The notes under the pieces were generated by a model. The model searched no databases. It was not told the origin of the DNA and worked only from the letters and a program-made list of their open reading frames with translations. A stretch of 63,923 nucleotides of DNA, the filler included, from Octopus bimaculoides (taxonomy: Eukaryota), in NCBI RefSeq assembly GCF_001194135.2. It is 7 parts of 6 records of this genome, joined end to end, with 100 filler letters (N's around TTAATTAATTAA, not from the genome) between each part and the next. Parts side by side here need not be neighbours in the genome. Positions count along the whole stretch, not along the records: positions 1 to 6,954 come from NC_069010.1; positions 7,055 to 14,681 come from NC_068982.1; 5 more parts are not named here. One strand, written 5' to 3'. This document shows positions 1 through 13,103 of the stretch, in pieces (the stretch's first letter is position 1; the number at the start of each line of letters is the position of its first letter). Made by a program: the position numbers and the translations under genes.

Positions 1-240
1 GTCAAATGCTGGTGTTATTCAAATCATTTATACTTCCAACAGTATAAATGATTTGAATAACACCTGCATTTGACTCCATTTCTTAATGTATCTATGTTAT
101 ACAAAAAACAATTCACTTAACTTTGGAATTTCTACCTTTATAAGTGAATTTTTGCTACTCTGGTAACTATTTAAAAAATTTTTCAGTTATTTGTACACAT
201 TGAAAAAATAGACACACGTGTCTGTATGTGTGAGTGTATG

Positions 241-635
241 TTTATTGTTTCAGTCATTAAACTGCGGCCATACTGGTGCTGTTAGTTGGATTTATCAAAG
301 CTAGTACTTATATTTTTAAAGCCTGATACTTGCTCTTTCAGTCTCTTTTGCTGAACTGCTAAGTTACAGGGACATAAACCCATAAGCACAAGTTGTCAAG
401 CGGTGTTGTGGGGTGGACACAAAGACAAACACATACACACACATACATACATGTGTGTGTGTGCGTGTATACATATATATATATATATATACATATACAC
501 AACAGTCTTCTTTCAGTTTCCGTTTACCAAATCCACTCACAAGGCTTTGGTCAGCTTGAGGCTATAGTAGAAGATACTTGCTTAAGGTGCTACACAGTAG
601 GACTGAACCTTAAACCATGTGGTTGGGAAGCAAGC
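241..635 (-). mobile_element. tRNA-derived CORE-type SINE (family A), head truncated
   Basis: Reverse complement matches the full copy at 62217-62603, including central (TA)/(CA) microsatellite and tail ...gcagt(t)taatgactgaaacaa. Confidence 0.8.
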
Positions 636-1045
636 GCAGACATGGCTATGTGATAAGAAGTTCGCTTCCCAACCACATGGTTCTGGGTTCAGTACCACTG
701 CATGGCACCTTGGGCAAGCGTTTCCTACTACAGCATTCGGTTGACCAAACCCTGTAAGTAGATTTGATTGATGGAAACTGAAAGAAGCCCGTCATTTGTA
801 TATGTGTGTTACTGTCTCATTGCTTTGGCATTGTGTGATAGTTGTAAAACGAGTTTCACTGTCATACATGCGGTGCCCTTTGTTATCAGTCTTCCTTAAA
901 ATCCTGGCTGGCCATGGGGAAATATTACCTTGCTTGGGAACAGGTTAGGGTTGGTGACAGGAAGAGCACCTGGCCAAAGAAAACTCTCAAAAAATTCAGT
1001 CTAGTCTGTGTGAACATGGAAAAGTTGATTTGCAGATGATGATGG
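636..1045 (+). mobile_element. SINE family A head/core joined to an RTE-like 3' tail
   Basis: tggctatgtgataagaag (A box), ggttcagtacc (B box), caccttgggcaag core; ends ...catggaaaagttg...gatgatgat like the RTE tails elsewhere in the window. Confidence 0.65.
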
Positions 1046-1437
1046 TGCCATCTGTGTGTGTGTGTATGTGTGCATATGAGTATATAATTGTGTGAGTATA
1101 TGTGTGTGAAGGCACATGGCCTAATGTGTCGACCGTGGGTTCAATTCCCACATTGGGCAGCATGTTGTGTTCTTGAGCAAGACACTTCATTTCATGTTGC
1201 TCCAGTTCCCCTTTTGATCAGTGTGGAATGGTGGCCTGCTTGCCTAGCCAGTGGGGTGGTGTCATTCGAAAGAATATGATGCAAAGTGCATTGTGCCCAG
1301 TGATGTATAACATTTGATAGTCTACGCAGTCACATGATCATGTGATGTCTGTGTGTCTATTTCTCTAAGAATCTGTTTGATTTGCTCTTGTTGGTGGGGA
1401 CATATTTTCCTCCGCCACCCTCTCAATTTCATTTCAG

Positions 1438-1765
1438 GGGCCGAGCTGTGTTTTGGGACATCAAGAACCGACTGCCACGCTCCGTCACCACCATCCAGTG
1501 GGACAACAGCTTCGTGTCGGTCTACAGCAAGGACAACCCGAACCTGCTGTTCAACATGTCAGGCTTCGAGTGTCGCATCCTGCCCAAGTGCCGCACCACC
1601 CATGAGGAGTTCACGCACCGTGACGGCGTGTGGAACCTGCAAAACGAAGTGACCAAAGAGAGGACAGCACAGTGCTTCTTGCGCGTCGACGAGGAGTCAA
1701 TGAACCGCTTCCACAATCGTGTCCGCCAAATACTGATGGCCTCAGGCTCAACCACTTTCACCAAG
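1438..1765 (+). CDS. PRPF8: PRPF8 (Prp8 spliceosomal core protein) internal exon A
   Basis: Translates [39 protein letters not shown]...[16 protein letters not shown], near-identical to metazoan Prp8 as I recall it; acceptor tttcAG at 1436-1437, donor GTatgt at 1766. Confidence 0.97.
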
Positions 1766-1892
1766 GTATGTGTGCCATTTTACTTTTAAGTATGAAAGTC
1801 ACCCTGGGCCATAAATGGTCTCTGATTTTTGTTTGTATATGTTTTTTACAGTGTCTCTCCCTCTCTCTCACACACACACGCACGCACGCGCG

Positions 1893-2112
1893 CACGGTGG
1901 TGCTGAAAAGCTTATGGCTTTGAGTAAAAGAAAATCCAGGAGGATCCGTTAATTATGATTATGTTCAACATATTCCTGTCTCGGATTCACACACTTATTA
2001 CAGCAGACCTTCAGTTTTTCTGAGCCCTGTAAAATAACTCAGAAGGTTGGGCCTCCAACCAGACCTTTCATGATACCCTTAAAAGCAGGTACTTTTCAGC
2101 ACCCACCGCATA
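1893..2112. mobile_element. mariner-type MITE (~220 bp)
   Basis: TIRs ggtgctgaaaag...cttttcagcacc; related copies at 2389-2447 (partial) and 8724-8946. Confidence 0.75.
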
Positions 2113-2449
2113 ACTCTTCGAAACGCTGGTGCTAAAATGGGGGTAGCTGATGAAGGAAAATGTTCTCTATGTGGCTTGAGTGTTTTCTGTACTCTGGTTA
2201 TTATTATTATTTTCTTGTCTACGTTTTGTTTGCAATGTCCTGTACCCAGATATGCACCTATATATACAGGTAGACGTAGGTATGCACATACCTGTACGTA
2301 TATATGCATATACTCATTTATTATTTGTTTAATATATATATATATGTATGTATATATATATATATATTACATACATATACGCATACATATACATGAGTGG
2401 GGTGCTGAAAAGTTCCTGGCTTTGGGTAAAAGAAAATACATTAGGATCA

Positions 2450-2830
2450 TGATGGCACCTGTGCTCAGCGTCGCCTTTCTGGCACTTGTGCCCAAGGCAT
2501 GTGTAAGGACTTTCGAGCGAGATCGTTGCCAGTGCCGATGGACTGGCTCCTGTGCAGGTGGCACGTAAAAAACACCGTTTGAGCGTGGCCATTGCCAGTA
2601 CCACCTGACTGGCCCTCGTGCCGGTTGCACGTAAAAGCACCCACTACACTCTCTGAGTGGTTGGCGTTAGGAAGGGCATCCATCCAGCTGTAGAAACTCT
2701 GCCAAATCAGATTGGAGCCTGGTGCAGCCATCTGGTTCGCCAGTCCTCAGTCAAATCGTCCAACCCATGCCGGCATGAAAAGCGGACATTAAACGATGAT
2801 GATGAAGATGATGATGATGGTGATGATGTT
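2450..2830 (+). mobile_element. RTE-LINE 3' UTR/tail element
   Basis: ggcacgtaaaa repeats, ggttggcgttaggaagggcatcc...aaagcggacattaaac(gat)n; same sequence terminates the RT-containing RTE at 10799-12443. Confidence 0.8.
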
Positions 2831-3054
2831 GACTTTACCTTTCGACTTTTCAGGCATCAATAAATTAAGTACCAGTTGCGTACTGGTGTCGATGTAATCG
2901 ATTAGTCTCCTCCCCTCCAAATTTCAGGCTGTGTGCCATCAGTAGATTTTTATCATCATCATCATCATCATCTTCATCATCATCATCATCATCATTATCA
3001 TTATTATCATCATCATCATCATCATCATTATTATTATTATTATTATTATTATTT

Positions 3055-3250
3055 AGGCAGTGAGCTGGCTTAATCATTAGTGCATTGGTCAAAATGCTTA
3101 GTGGCATTTCTCTTTGCTTTATGTTCCAAGTTCAAACCCTACCGTGGACGACTTTGCCTTTCATCTTTTCGGAGTCAATACAATTATCATCAGTTGAGCA
3201 GTGGGGTTGATATAATCCACTAGCAACCTACCCTTGAAATTATGGGCCTT
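3055..3250 (+). mobile_element. tRNA-derived SINE family B (degenerate)
   Basis: ggcagtgagctgg...aaatgcttagtggcatttc...gactttgcctttcatc, homologous to 60416-60646. Confidence 0.65.
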
Positions 3251-3374
3251 GTGCCAAAATAACAAAGAATTATTATCACTGTTACATGGGCTTGTCATTT
3301 GTCTTTATGGTTCTGAGTCAACTTTGCCTTTCATCATCTCAGGGTCAATAAAATAAGTACCAGTTACACACTTG

Positions 3375-3580
3375 GGTCCATCATCATCATCATTGTTTAA
3401 CGTCCGCTTTCCATGCTAGCATAGGTTGGACGATTTGACTGAGGACTGGCGACACCAGGCTCCAATCTGATTTGGCAGAGTTTCTACAGCTGGATGCCCT
3501 TCCTAACGCCAACCACTCAGAGAGTGTAGTGGGTGCTTTTACGTGCCACCAGCACGAAGGCCAGTCAGGCGGTACTGCAC
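3375..3580 (-). mobile_element. RTE-LINE 3' tail element
   Basis: Reverse complement of the 2650-2800 tail: (cat)n tttaacgtccgctttccatgctagc...gcccttcctaacgccaacc. Confidence 0.8.
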
Positions 3581-4206
3581 CTCCCCGTGAAATTGCTGGC
3601 CTCTAGCCAAAATAAGAAAGAATTATCATCATTTGGCAGAATCGTTAACACGCCCGGTGAAATGCTTAGCGATATTTTNNNNNNNNNNNNNNNNNNNNNN
3701 NNNNNNNNNNNNNNNNNNNNNNNNNNNNNNNNNNNNNNNNNNNNNNNNNNNNNNNNNNNNNNNNNNNNNNNNNNNNNNNNNNNNNNNNNNNNNNNNNNNN
3801 NNNNNNNNNNNNNNNNNNNNNNNNNNNNNNNNNNNNNNNNNNNNNNNNNNNNNNNNNNNNNNNNNNNNNNNNNNNNNNNNNNNNNNNNNNNNNNNNNNNN
3901 NNNNNNNNNNNNNNNNNNNNNNNNNNNNNNNNNNNNNNNNNNNNNNNNNNNNNNNNNNNNNNNNNNNNNNNNNNNNNNNNNNNNNNNNNNNNNNNNNNNN
4001 NNNNNNNNNNNNNNNNNNNNNNNNNNNNNNNNNNNNNNNNNNNNNNNNNNNNNNNNNNNNNNNNNNNNNNNNNNNNNNNNNNNNNNNNNNNNNNNNNNNN
4101 NNNNNNNNNNNNNNNNNNNNNNNNNNNNNNNNNNNNNNNNNNNNNNNNNNNNNNNNNNNNNNNNNNNNNNNNNNNNNNNNNNNNNNNNNNNNNNNNNNNN
4201 NNNNNN

Positions 4207-4530
4207 GGTTCCAGTTGATCCAATCAACAGAACAGCCTGCTCATGAAATTAACGTACCCTTAACGCAGTTCTTGGGGATATTCAGCGTGACACAGAGTGT
4301 GACAAGGCTGACCCTTTGAATTACAGGCACAACAGAAACAGGAAGAAAGAGTGAGAGAAAGTTGTGGTGGAGGAGTACAGCAGGGTTTGCCACCATCCCC
4401 TGCCGGAGCCTCGTGGAGCTTTAGGTGTTTTCGCTCAATAAACACTCACAACGCCCGGTCTGGGAATCGAAACCGCGATCCTCTGACCACGAGTCCGCTG
4501 CCCTAACCACTGGGCCATTGCGCCTCCACA
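4207..4530 (-). mobile_element. tRNA-derived SINE family C, with a 31-nt internal deletion
   Basis: Minus strand head gtggaggcgcaatggcccagtgg (A box)...ggtttcgattccc (B box); body shared with 5441-5735, 55432-55720 and 60045-60355. Confidence 0.85.
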
Positions 4531-4539
4531 GGTGAAGGT

Positions 4540-4825
4540 CATATATAGATTACAACTCACCCAACACATTGTAAAGTGGTTGGCATTAGGAAGAGCATCC
4601 AGCTGTGAAGGCCATGCCATAACAGACTTCACTGGTGCTGGTGCCACATAAAAAGCACCCAGTACCCTCTGTAAAGTGGTTGGTGTTAGGAAGGGCATCC
4701 ATCTGTAGAAACCATGCCTCAACAGACAGCTGGAGTCTGGACTGCTTCCTGCTATCCAGCTCCATGTCAGCCCGTCCAACCCATGTCAGCATGGAAAGCA
4801 GATGTTAAATGATAATGATGATGAT
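4540..4825 (+). mobile_element. RTE-LINE 3' tail element (partly duplicated)
   Basis: Two tggttgg(c/t)(a/g)ttaggaag(a/g)gcatcc motifs, then ...catggaaagcagatgttaaatgataatgatg. Confidence 0.7.
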
Positions 4826-4869
4826 TGTTAATTGTAACGTCTTTCTCTTGCTCTTCTTCTGCCCTGCAG

Positions 4870-4993
4870 ATCGTCAACAAATGGAACACAGCCCTAATCG
4901 GTCTAATGACCTACTTCCGTGAGGCTGTCGTCAACACCCAGGAGCTACTCGACCTGCTGGTCAAGTGCGAGAACAAAATCCAGACCCGTATCA
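4870..4993 (+). CDS. PRPF8: PRPF8 internal exon B (3' end lost in N gap 4994-5440)
   Basis: [41 protein letters not shown] continues exon A in phase 0; pyrimidine tract and cAG at 4867-4869. The ~71 residues expected before exon C (~210 nt) would fit in the 447-N gap. Confidence 0.96.
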
Positions 4994-5440
4994 NNNNNNN
5001 NNNNNNNNNNNNNNNNNNNNNNNNNNNNNNNNNNNNNNNNNNNNNNNNNNNNNNNNNNNNNNNNNNNNNNNNNNNNNNNNNNNNNNNNNNNNNNNNNNNN
5101 NNNNNNNNNNNNNNNNNNNNNNNNNNNNNNNNNNNNNNNNNNNNNNNNNNNNNNNNNNNNNNNNNNNNNNNNNNNNNNNNNNNNNNNNNNNNNNNNNNNN
5201 NNNNNNNNNNNNNNNNNNNNNNNNNNNNNNNNNNNNNNNNNNNNNNNNNNNNNNNNNNNNNNNNNNNNNNNNNNNNNNNNNNNNNNNNNNNNNNNNNNNN
5301 NNNNNNNNNNNNNNNNNNNNNNNNNNNNNNNNNNNNNNNNNNNNNNNNNNNNNNNNNNNNNNNNNNNNNNNNNNNNNNNNNNNNNNNNNNNNNNNNNNNN
5401 NNNNNNNNNNNNNNNNNNNNNNNNNNNNNNNNNNNNNNNN

Positions 5441-5735
5441 TATTGAGCGAAAACACCTAAAACTCCACGAGGTTCCGGCAGGGGATGGTGGTGAACCCTG
5501 CTGTACTCTTTCACCACAACTTTCTCTCACTCTTACTTCCTGTTTCTGTTGTGCCTGTAATTCAAAGGGTCAGCCTTGTCACACTGTGTGTCACGCTGAA
5601 TATCCCCGAGAACTACGTTAAGGGTACACGTGTCTGTGGAGTGTTCAGCCACTTGCACGTTAATTTCATGAGCAGGCTGTTCTGTTGATCGGATCAACTG
5701 GAACCCTCGTCGTCGTAAGCGACGGAGTGCCAACA
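5441..5735 (+). mobile_element. SINE family C body/tail (head probably in gap)
   Basis: Reverse complement of 4207-4440. Confidence 0.85.
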
Positions 5736-5744
5736 AACAAATAT

Positions 5745-6542
<798 letters not shown>

Positions 6543-6644
6543 TGACCAAAATACACCCCTCATGAGTTTCAGTTAGATTCTAAAATAATCATGAATTTAG
6601 ACTAGTCTCATTAAACACCTGTAACTTTTTTATTTATCAACATC

Positions 6645-6954
6645 ATCATCATCATCATCATCGTTTAACGTCCGCTTTCCATGCTAGCATGGGTTGGACG
6701 ATTTGACTGAGGACTGGTGAAACCGGATGGCAACACCAGGCTCCAGTCTGATTTGGCAGAGTTTCTACAGCTGGATGCCCTTCCTAACGCCAACCACTCC
6801 GAGAGTGTAGTGGGTGCTTTTACATGCCACCGGCACGAAGGCCAGTCAGGCAGTACTGGCAACGGCCACCCTCGAAATGGTGTATTCTATGTGCCACCTG
6901 CACAGGAGCCAGTTCAGCGGTACTGGCAATGAACTCGCTCGAATGTCTTTTCAC
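6645..6954 (-). mobile_element. RTE-LINE 3' tail element
   Basis: Reverse complement is close to 2500-2800; (cat)n at the left end. Confidence 0.85.
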
Positions 6955-7054
6955 NNNNNNNNNNNNNNNNNNNNNNNNNNNNNNNNNNNNNNNNNNNNTT
7001 AATTAATTAANNNNNNNNNNNNNNNNNNNNNNNNNNNNNNNNNNNNNNNNNNNN

Positions 7055-7310
7055 CAGTGGCGACCCGTGCGGGCATTCCTGTAGTACTTGATGCCAAAGT
7101 TTGGCACCAGTCCTTCCAGTATTTTCCATATGTATATTATTACATATCTCTCCCGCCTGCTTTCCAGGGAGTAGAGACCTAGTGCCTGCAGTCGCTCCCT
7201 GTAGTTCATCTGCTGGACTGTGGCGATCTTTTTTGTATAGTGCCGCTGAATTGCCTCGAGTTCTGCTGTCCGTTTGACACTGTGTGGTGACCACAACTGG
7301 GAGCAGTTGG
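7055..7310 (-). mobile_element. CR1/L2-like LINE ORF2 C-terminal fragment
   Basis: ELEAIQRHYTKKI...MNYRERLQALGLYSLESRRERYVIIYIWKILEGLVPN matches the post-RT C-terminus typical of CR1-group LINEs. Confidence 0.8.
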
Positions 7311-7428
7311 TGTATATATATATATATATATATATTAAACACATACACTCATACACTAATATATTTTATACCTGTCACCAATGTACTAGACAGTGTACAA
7401 AGACCTACAGCTAAAACATATACATGTG

Positions 7429-7462
<34 letters not shown>

Positions 7463-8184
7463 TATATAAATACATACACATATACATATATAGTAAACAT
7501 AAAAAATATATCATATGCGTATATACATAAATATATATATATATATACTTGTAATACATGTTTCTATATGTACACAATACGTAATCATACGATCATACAT
7601 ACTTTCCTTATGGCTATACAATACGCATATTCATATTTATATATATATATATATATATAAATAGTAGCAAAACAGAGGTTAGGAGATGCTGGAAAGTGAG
7701 TTATGGGTATCAAAGAATTACATTCATAATTTTGACAGTTGCGTAATACAATAACGTTGATTTTCTAAACACAATGGTAGACAAATGCGTCCGCATATGT
7801 CTACATGCTTGTGTGTGTGTTACATATCTTTGTAATTGTATGTGTTCATGTGCGTGGATGTGTTTTTGCTATGAATCACTAAGAATAACTTGCCTTTGTC
7901 TTTGAGAGTTGTATATGTCAAAAATGGTGAAACAATTTCTGTAATGTTGGTGTAACAATGAAAAAATTCTTCTCTTCTGAAGTTTCTTGATTTTAGATTC
8001 ACGTGAAGTTTTTCTTCAGGTATAAGGGCTTACGTCTAAGAGTACATAAGTTGAAAAGTTTTGATTCAACAATGCATTGTTTATTCCAAAAACAATGATT
8101 GCAAATACAAACAGAATTTTATTTTTTTCCTATTACTTATACGCACATAGCAAATATAAATTTATCTCTCCACTCTCTTCTTCT

Positions 8185-8215
<31 letters not shown>

Positions 8216-8363
8216 CTCCCTCTCTTACTCTCTAATACATTTTTACTAATACAGCCAGCTAGATATAAATATGTCTGTGACACATTCATACAATATGTAC
8301 ACTCATATAAACATATATGTATGTAATACAAAATATAGCATACCCGCCTTTGTATATACGTTT

Positions 8364-8406
<43 letters not shown>

Positions 8407-8723
8407 CATACATACATACATACATAAATAGATAGATAGATTAACATATGTGTTAATGTATGAATATACATGTGTATGCGTGTGCGTGCCTTCTAGTGCA
8501 CTGACATAAAAAGAAGGTACGGGCAAAAGAAGTATGGGTTAATAAAAATGTGCACATATATAATATATAATATAATGCATTTATGAGCCTATGTACGATG
8601 TATACACATACACCATGAGTGTATGTACCAGTAGTGGCGTTCAGATGGTGGTGGTGGGATATCATATACACATTTATACACATATACATGCACACACATA
8701 AATAGCATAAATATATATTCATA

Positions 8724-8946
8724 CATACGAGCGGGTGTTGAATGGTTCCTCGCTTTGGGTAATAGAAAATACAGGAGTATCAGTTAATTATGATTTTATT
8801 CAATATATTCCCATCTAAGATTCACACACACATTGCGGCAGTTCTTCAATCTTCTAAGCTCTGTAAAAGAACTCGGAAAGTTGGGCTCACCAACCATGTC
8901 TTTCGCGATACACATAATGGCAGGAATTTTGCAGCAACCCCTCGCA
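8724..8946. mobile_element. mariner-type MITE
   Basis: Diverged full copy of 1893-2112; tacgag...ctcgcata ends. Confidence 0.7.
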
Positions 8947-9200
8947 TATATATATGTATAAATATATATANNNNNNNNNNNNNNNNNNNNNNNNNNNNNN
9001 NNNNNNNNNNNNNNNNNNNNNNNNNNNNNNNNNNNNNNNNNNNNNNNNNNNNNNNNNNNNNNNNNNNNNNNNNNNNNNNNNNNNNNNNNNNNNNNNNNNN
9101 NNNNNNNNNNNNNNNNNNNGAAACAAGGTGGAAAAAATAGTACTCGAATACCAGATGTAGAGTAATATGCTTTATTAAAAAGCAGCAAAAATATCACAAA

Positions 9201-9240
9201 AACTGATTCTCAGAATTTCACGTTCCCGTTCGTCGGACAG
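9201..9240 (-). ncRNA. Degenerate type I hammerhead-like motif in a probable Penelope terminus
   Basis: Minus strand: CCGACGA acg-ggaa-cgt GAAA ttc-tga-gaa TC agtt; U4 mutated and stem I damaged. Confidence 0.4.
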
Positions 9241-9645
9241 TTTTGTTTAGAATAAAACAAAAATAAGGTTATAAGCAAACATATACAATTAGTTTAATGG
9301 ATACACATTTGAAAATGGTTTTGTTTCATAGGTCCTTTCAACTAACGGTCTTTAAAAAAACCGGTTGCATGCAATGAACAAAATTCGGTATAAAATCATC
9401 TTATAAAATCAAAGAAAACTTTAAATCAAAAATAGCTTCTAAAGAAGGACAGAGTCTACATATCCATGCTAAATAGTTTTTGTAAAATATTAATCAATTA
9501 ATACATTGAAAGTTATATCCGTTCAAATATGTTTTCACATTGGATTACATATGCATTTAGCAGTATATGGACATACCAAACCATCTATAATATACATATA
9601 TACGCTAAAGCATACAGACGTATGTAATAACTACATACATATACA

Positions 9646-9693
<48 letters not shown>

Positions 9694-9861
9694 CGCACAA
9701 ATGCACAAATGTTTCTCTTAGTGATCATCAGTGGGTCATGCTATTGCCAAAGGTTACGTCTGTCAAAATCGTTGAAAGACCAGCGCCAAATTCAAACGAT
9801 GCCAGTGTATAATTATAAATAAGTAAATAAAGAAATAAATATATTATTATTATTATCATCA

Positions 9862-9905
<44 letters not shown>

Positions 9906-10201
9906 AATAATAACAAAAATTTCGAAACACGTGATACAAGTAAATCTGTGATCCTTATTTGTGACTTTCAACAGCAATGGTAAGTTAAATTTTTACTCGG
10001 TCCTCGATTTTCGTCAGCCTGTTGAATTTTCAGTATTTTTCGACTCATATTTCTAGCAACACTGGTGCTTCGTGCACCCTAAATTATAATTAATAATTAA
10101 TTATTAATTAATTAATTTGCCATTTTAGCTTTAATGCTGCTGGCCACTTATATTATTGTTGTTATTATTCATGATAATAATATCTGTTTATGTGTATATA
10201 T

Positions 10202-10242
<41 letters not shown>

Positions 10243-10466
10243 NNNNNNNNNNNNNNNNNNNNNNNNNNNNNNNNNNNNNNNNNNNNNNNNNNNNNNNNNN
10301 NNNNNNNNNNNNNNNNNNNNNNNNNNNNNNNNNNNNNNNNNNNNNNNNNNNNNNNNNNNNNNNNNNNNNNNNNNNNNNNNNNNNNNNNNNNNNNNNNNNN
10401 NNNNNNNNNNNNNNNNNNNNNNNNNNNNNNNNNNNNNNNNNNNNNNNNNNNNNNNNNNNNNNNNNN

Positions 10467-10511
<45 letters not shown>

Positions 10512-10798
10512 CACTGTATGTATACTATAAAATAGAGACGCATAAATTTCCCAGATATCTGATACTGTAATTGCATTCAAAAAACTTTCATTAAGATATT
10601 ATTAAATGTATAATTGCATAATTGTTATACAGTATTAATTAATTCAAACTGTTAACTAACCTTGCCCTCTATATCATGATATTTAATGTTTTAAATCTTT
10701 TTATATGCATTTGTGTTTATGGGTGTGTACCGATATACATAGATACACAGACACACATACACACACACGCACGCACGTGTAGCAATGAGTACAGCGAA

Positions 10799-12369
10799 GC
10801 CCAATTAGCGGAACTAATTAGAGAAAGAGAGCTTGTCTACATGAGATGTAGTTTGGTTTTGTGCCAGGTAGAAGCACCTCTGATGCTATATTTCTAGTAA
10901 GGCAACTTAAGGAGAAATACCTAGCCAAAAATAAACCTCTGTACTTGGCCTTTGTTGACTTGGAGAAAGCCTTTGACAGGGTCCCCTGATCCCTTATCTG
11001 GGGGCCAATGTGGAAACTAAGGACAGACGAGTGGTTAGTGAAATCCGTACAAGCTATGTACTGAGATGCTACGCGTAAGGTGAGGGTTGGCAATGAGTAC
11101 AGCGAAGAATTTAGGGTGCAAGTAGGAGTCCACCAAGGATTGGTGCTCAGCCCCCTCTTGTTCATCATAGTCCTCCAGGCAATAACAGATGAATTCAAGA
11201 CAGGCTGCCTCTGGGAGCTCCTCTATGCTGATGACTTTGCTCTTATAATTGAATGACTATCAGAACTAGAGAAGTAGTTCCAGGCAGATAAATCACAAAT
11301 CCTTCCAGGTAAATGGCCTTACACGATATGTAGAAAAGACGTAGGTAGAAACTCCATAAGATGCATCCGTTGTAGGCTTTGGACACATAAAGGGTGCAGT
11401 AATATCAGAGTATGGCTAACAGGGAAAATAGCTTCTGTATGTGGAAAATGTACAGTACAATAACGCTGAAAATGTGCAGAAAATAGACTCCATCAACTGC
11501 CAGGGAGGCAAGCTAGAGGTAGCAGATAGCTTCCGTTATCTATCTGACCAAGTTAGTAGCGGAGGTGGATGCTCCGAGAGCGTAGCTGTCAGAATAAGAT
11601 TAGTCTGGGCAAAATTCAATGAGCTCCTACCTCTGCTGGCAACAAAGGGCCTATCTTTCAGAGTGAAAGGCAGATTGTATGATGCCTGTGTGCGTACAGC
11701 CATGCTACATGGCAGTGAAACACAGGGTATGACAGCCGAGGACATGCGTAGGCTTGAAAGAAATGAGCAATGAGCAATGTAAGTATGCATGTTCGAAAGT
11801 GTGTAAGCATGTATAAAGACACATGTGTAAAGAAATGCCGATCTCTAACTGTGGAGGGAACTTGTGTTAGAGGTAGATCCAGGAAGACATGGGACGCGGT
11901 GGTGAAGCATGATCTTCGAATTTTGAACCTCACAGATAACCACTGACCGAGACCTTTGACGATATATGCTGGAGAAGATTCGTCAAGCCAAGTGAAATCG
12001 TGGTCATAGCTGATGCTGGTATCTTGTAACTGGAACCCGTACCGGTGGCACCTTTCGAGCTTTGGGCCTTACGGTGATAAAGTGGCTGAGTTCCTTTCGA
12101 GTGTCGGGCCGCATGGAGGGAATGACTGAGACCTTTGGGATTATGCCGGGCTTGAGAAGAAGACCCATCAAGCCAAGCAAAATCGCAGTCGTGACAGACA
12201 CCAGTGTCATGCAAATGGCACCCGTGCCAGTGGCACATAAAAGTACTCATTACACTCTCGGAGTGCTGGCGTTAGGAAGGGCATCCAGCAGTAGAAACTA
12301 TACCAAATCAGACTGGAATCTGGTGCAGCCTTCCAGATTGCCAGTCCTGCCCTGACCAACAGACAATAA

Positions 12370-12443
<74 letters not shown>
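10799..12443 (+). mobile_element. 5'-truncated, degenerate RTE LINE (RT domain plus 3' UTR and (GAT)n tail)
   Basis: FVPGRST, LYLAFVDLEKAFDRVP, VGVHQGLVLSPLLFIIVLQAIT, ELLYADDF, KLEVADSFRYL, LLPLLATKGLSFRVKGRLYDACVRTAMLHGSET; stops and frameshifts; (gat)n at 12370-12443. Confidence 0.92.
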
Positions 12444-12874
12444 ATAAATGTATTTATTTATATGTGCGTATTTTTTGCGTGTAACAGTTTTCTGATTGAC
12501 ATAATATTCCTGGAGATTTGGGTAAACAAAGCTTTACAAATTAATTAATTTAGATTAATTATGTATCTGATTAATTATATATCACATTTATGCTTTTCTG
12601 CTTTCACTCTAGATATATTGCTCTTAACAATCTCTTTAGCCGATCATTTATACATGCATATATGTGTGTATGCGTGTGTATACATAACTGTGTATGTATG
12701 TATGTATGTATGTATGTATGTATGTATGTATGTATGTATGTACAGGCACGTAGTCCCCACTTGGATTTACTGGAATATAATAATGCATTGTAGTTTATCA
12801 AACTGTTATCAAATCAGCTATTAATTACCGCAGATATATTTTTATTGCTTTTATTCCCATCTCTATACGGAGAA

Positions 12875-12918
<44 letters not shown>

Positions 12919-13070
12919 NNNNNNNNNNNNNNNNNNNNNNNNNNNNNNNNNNNNNNNNNNNNNNNNNNNNNNNNNNNNNNNNNNNNNNNNNNNNNNNNNN
13001 NNNNNNNNNNNNNNNNNNNNNNNNNNNNNNNNNNNNNNNNNNNNNNNNNNNNNNNNNNNNNNNNGAGTGT

Positions 13071-13103
<33 letters not shown>

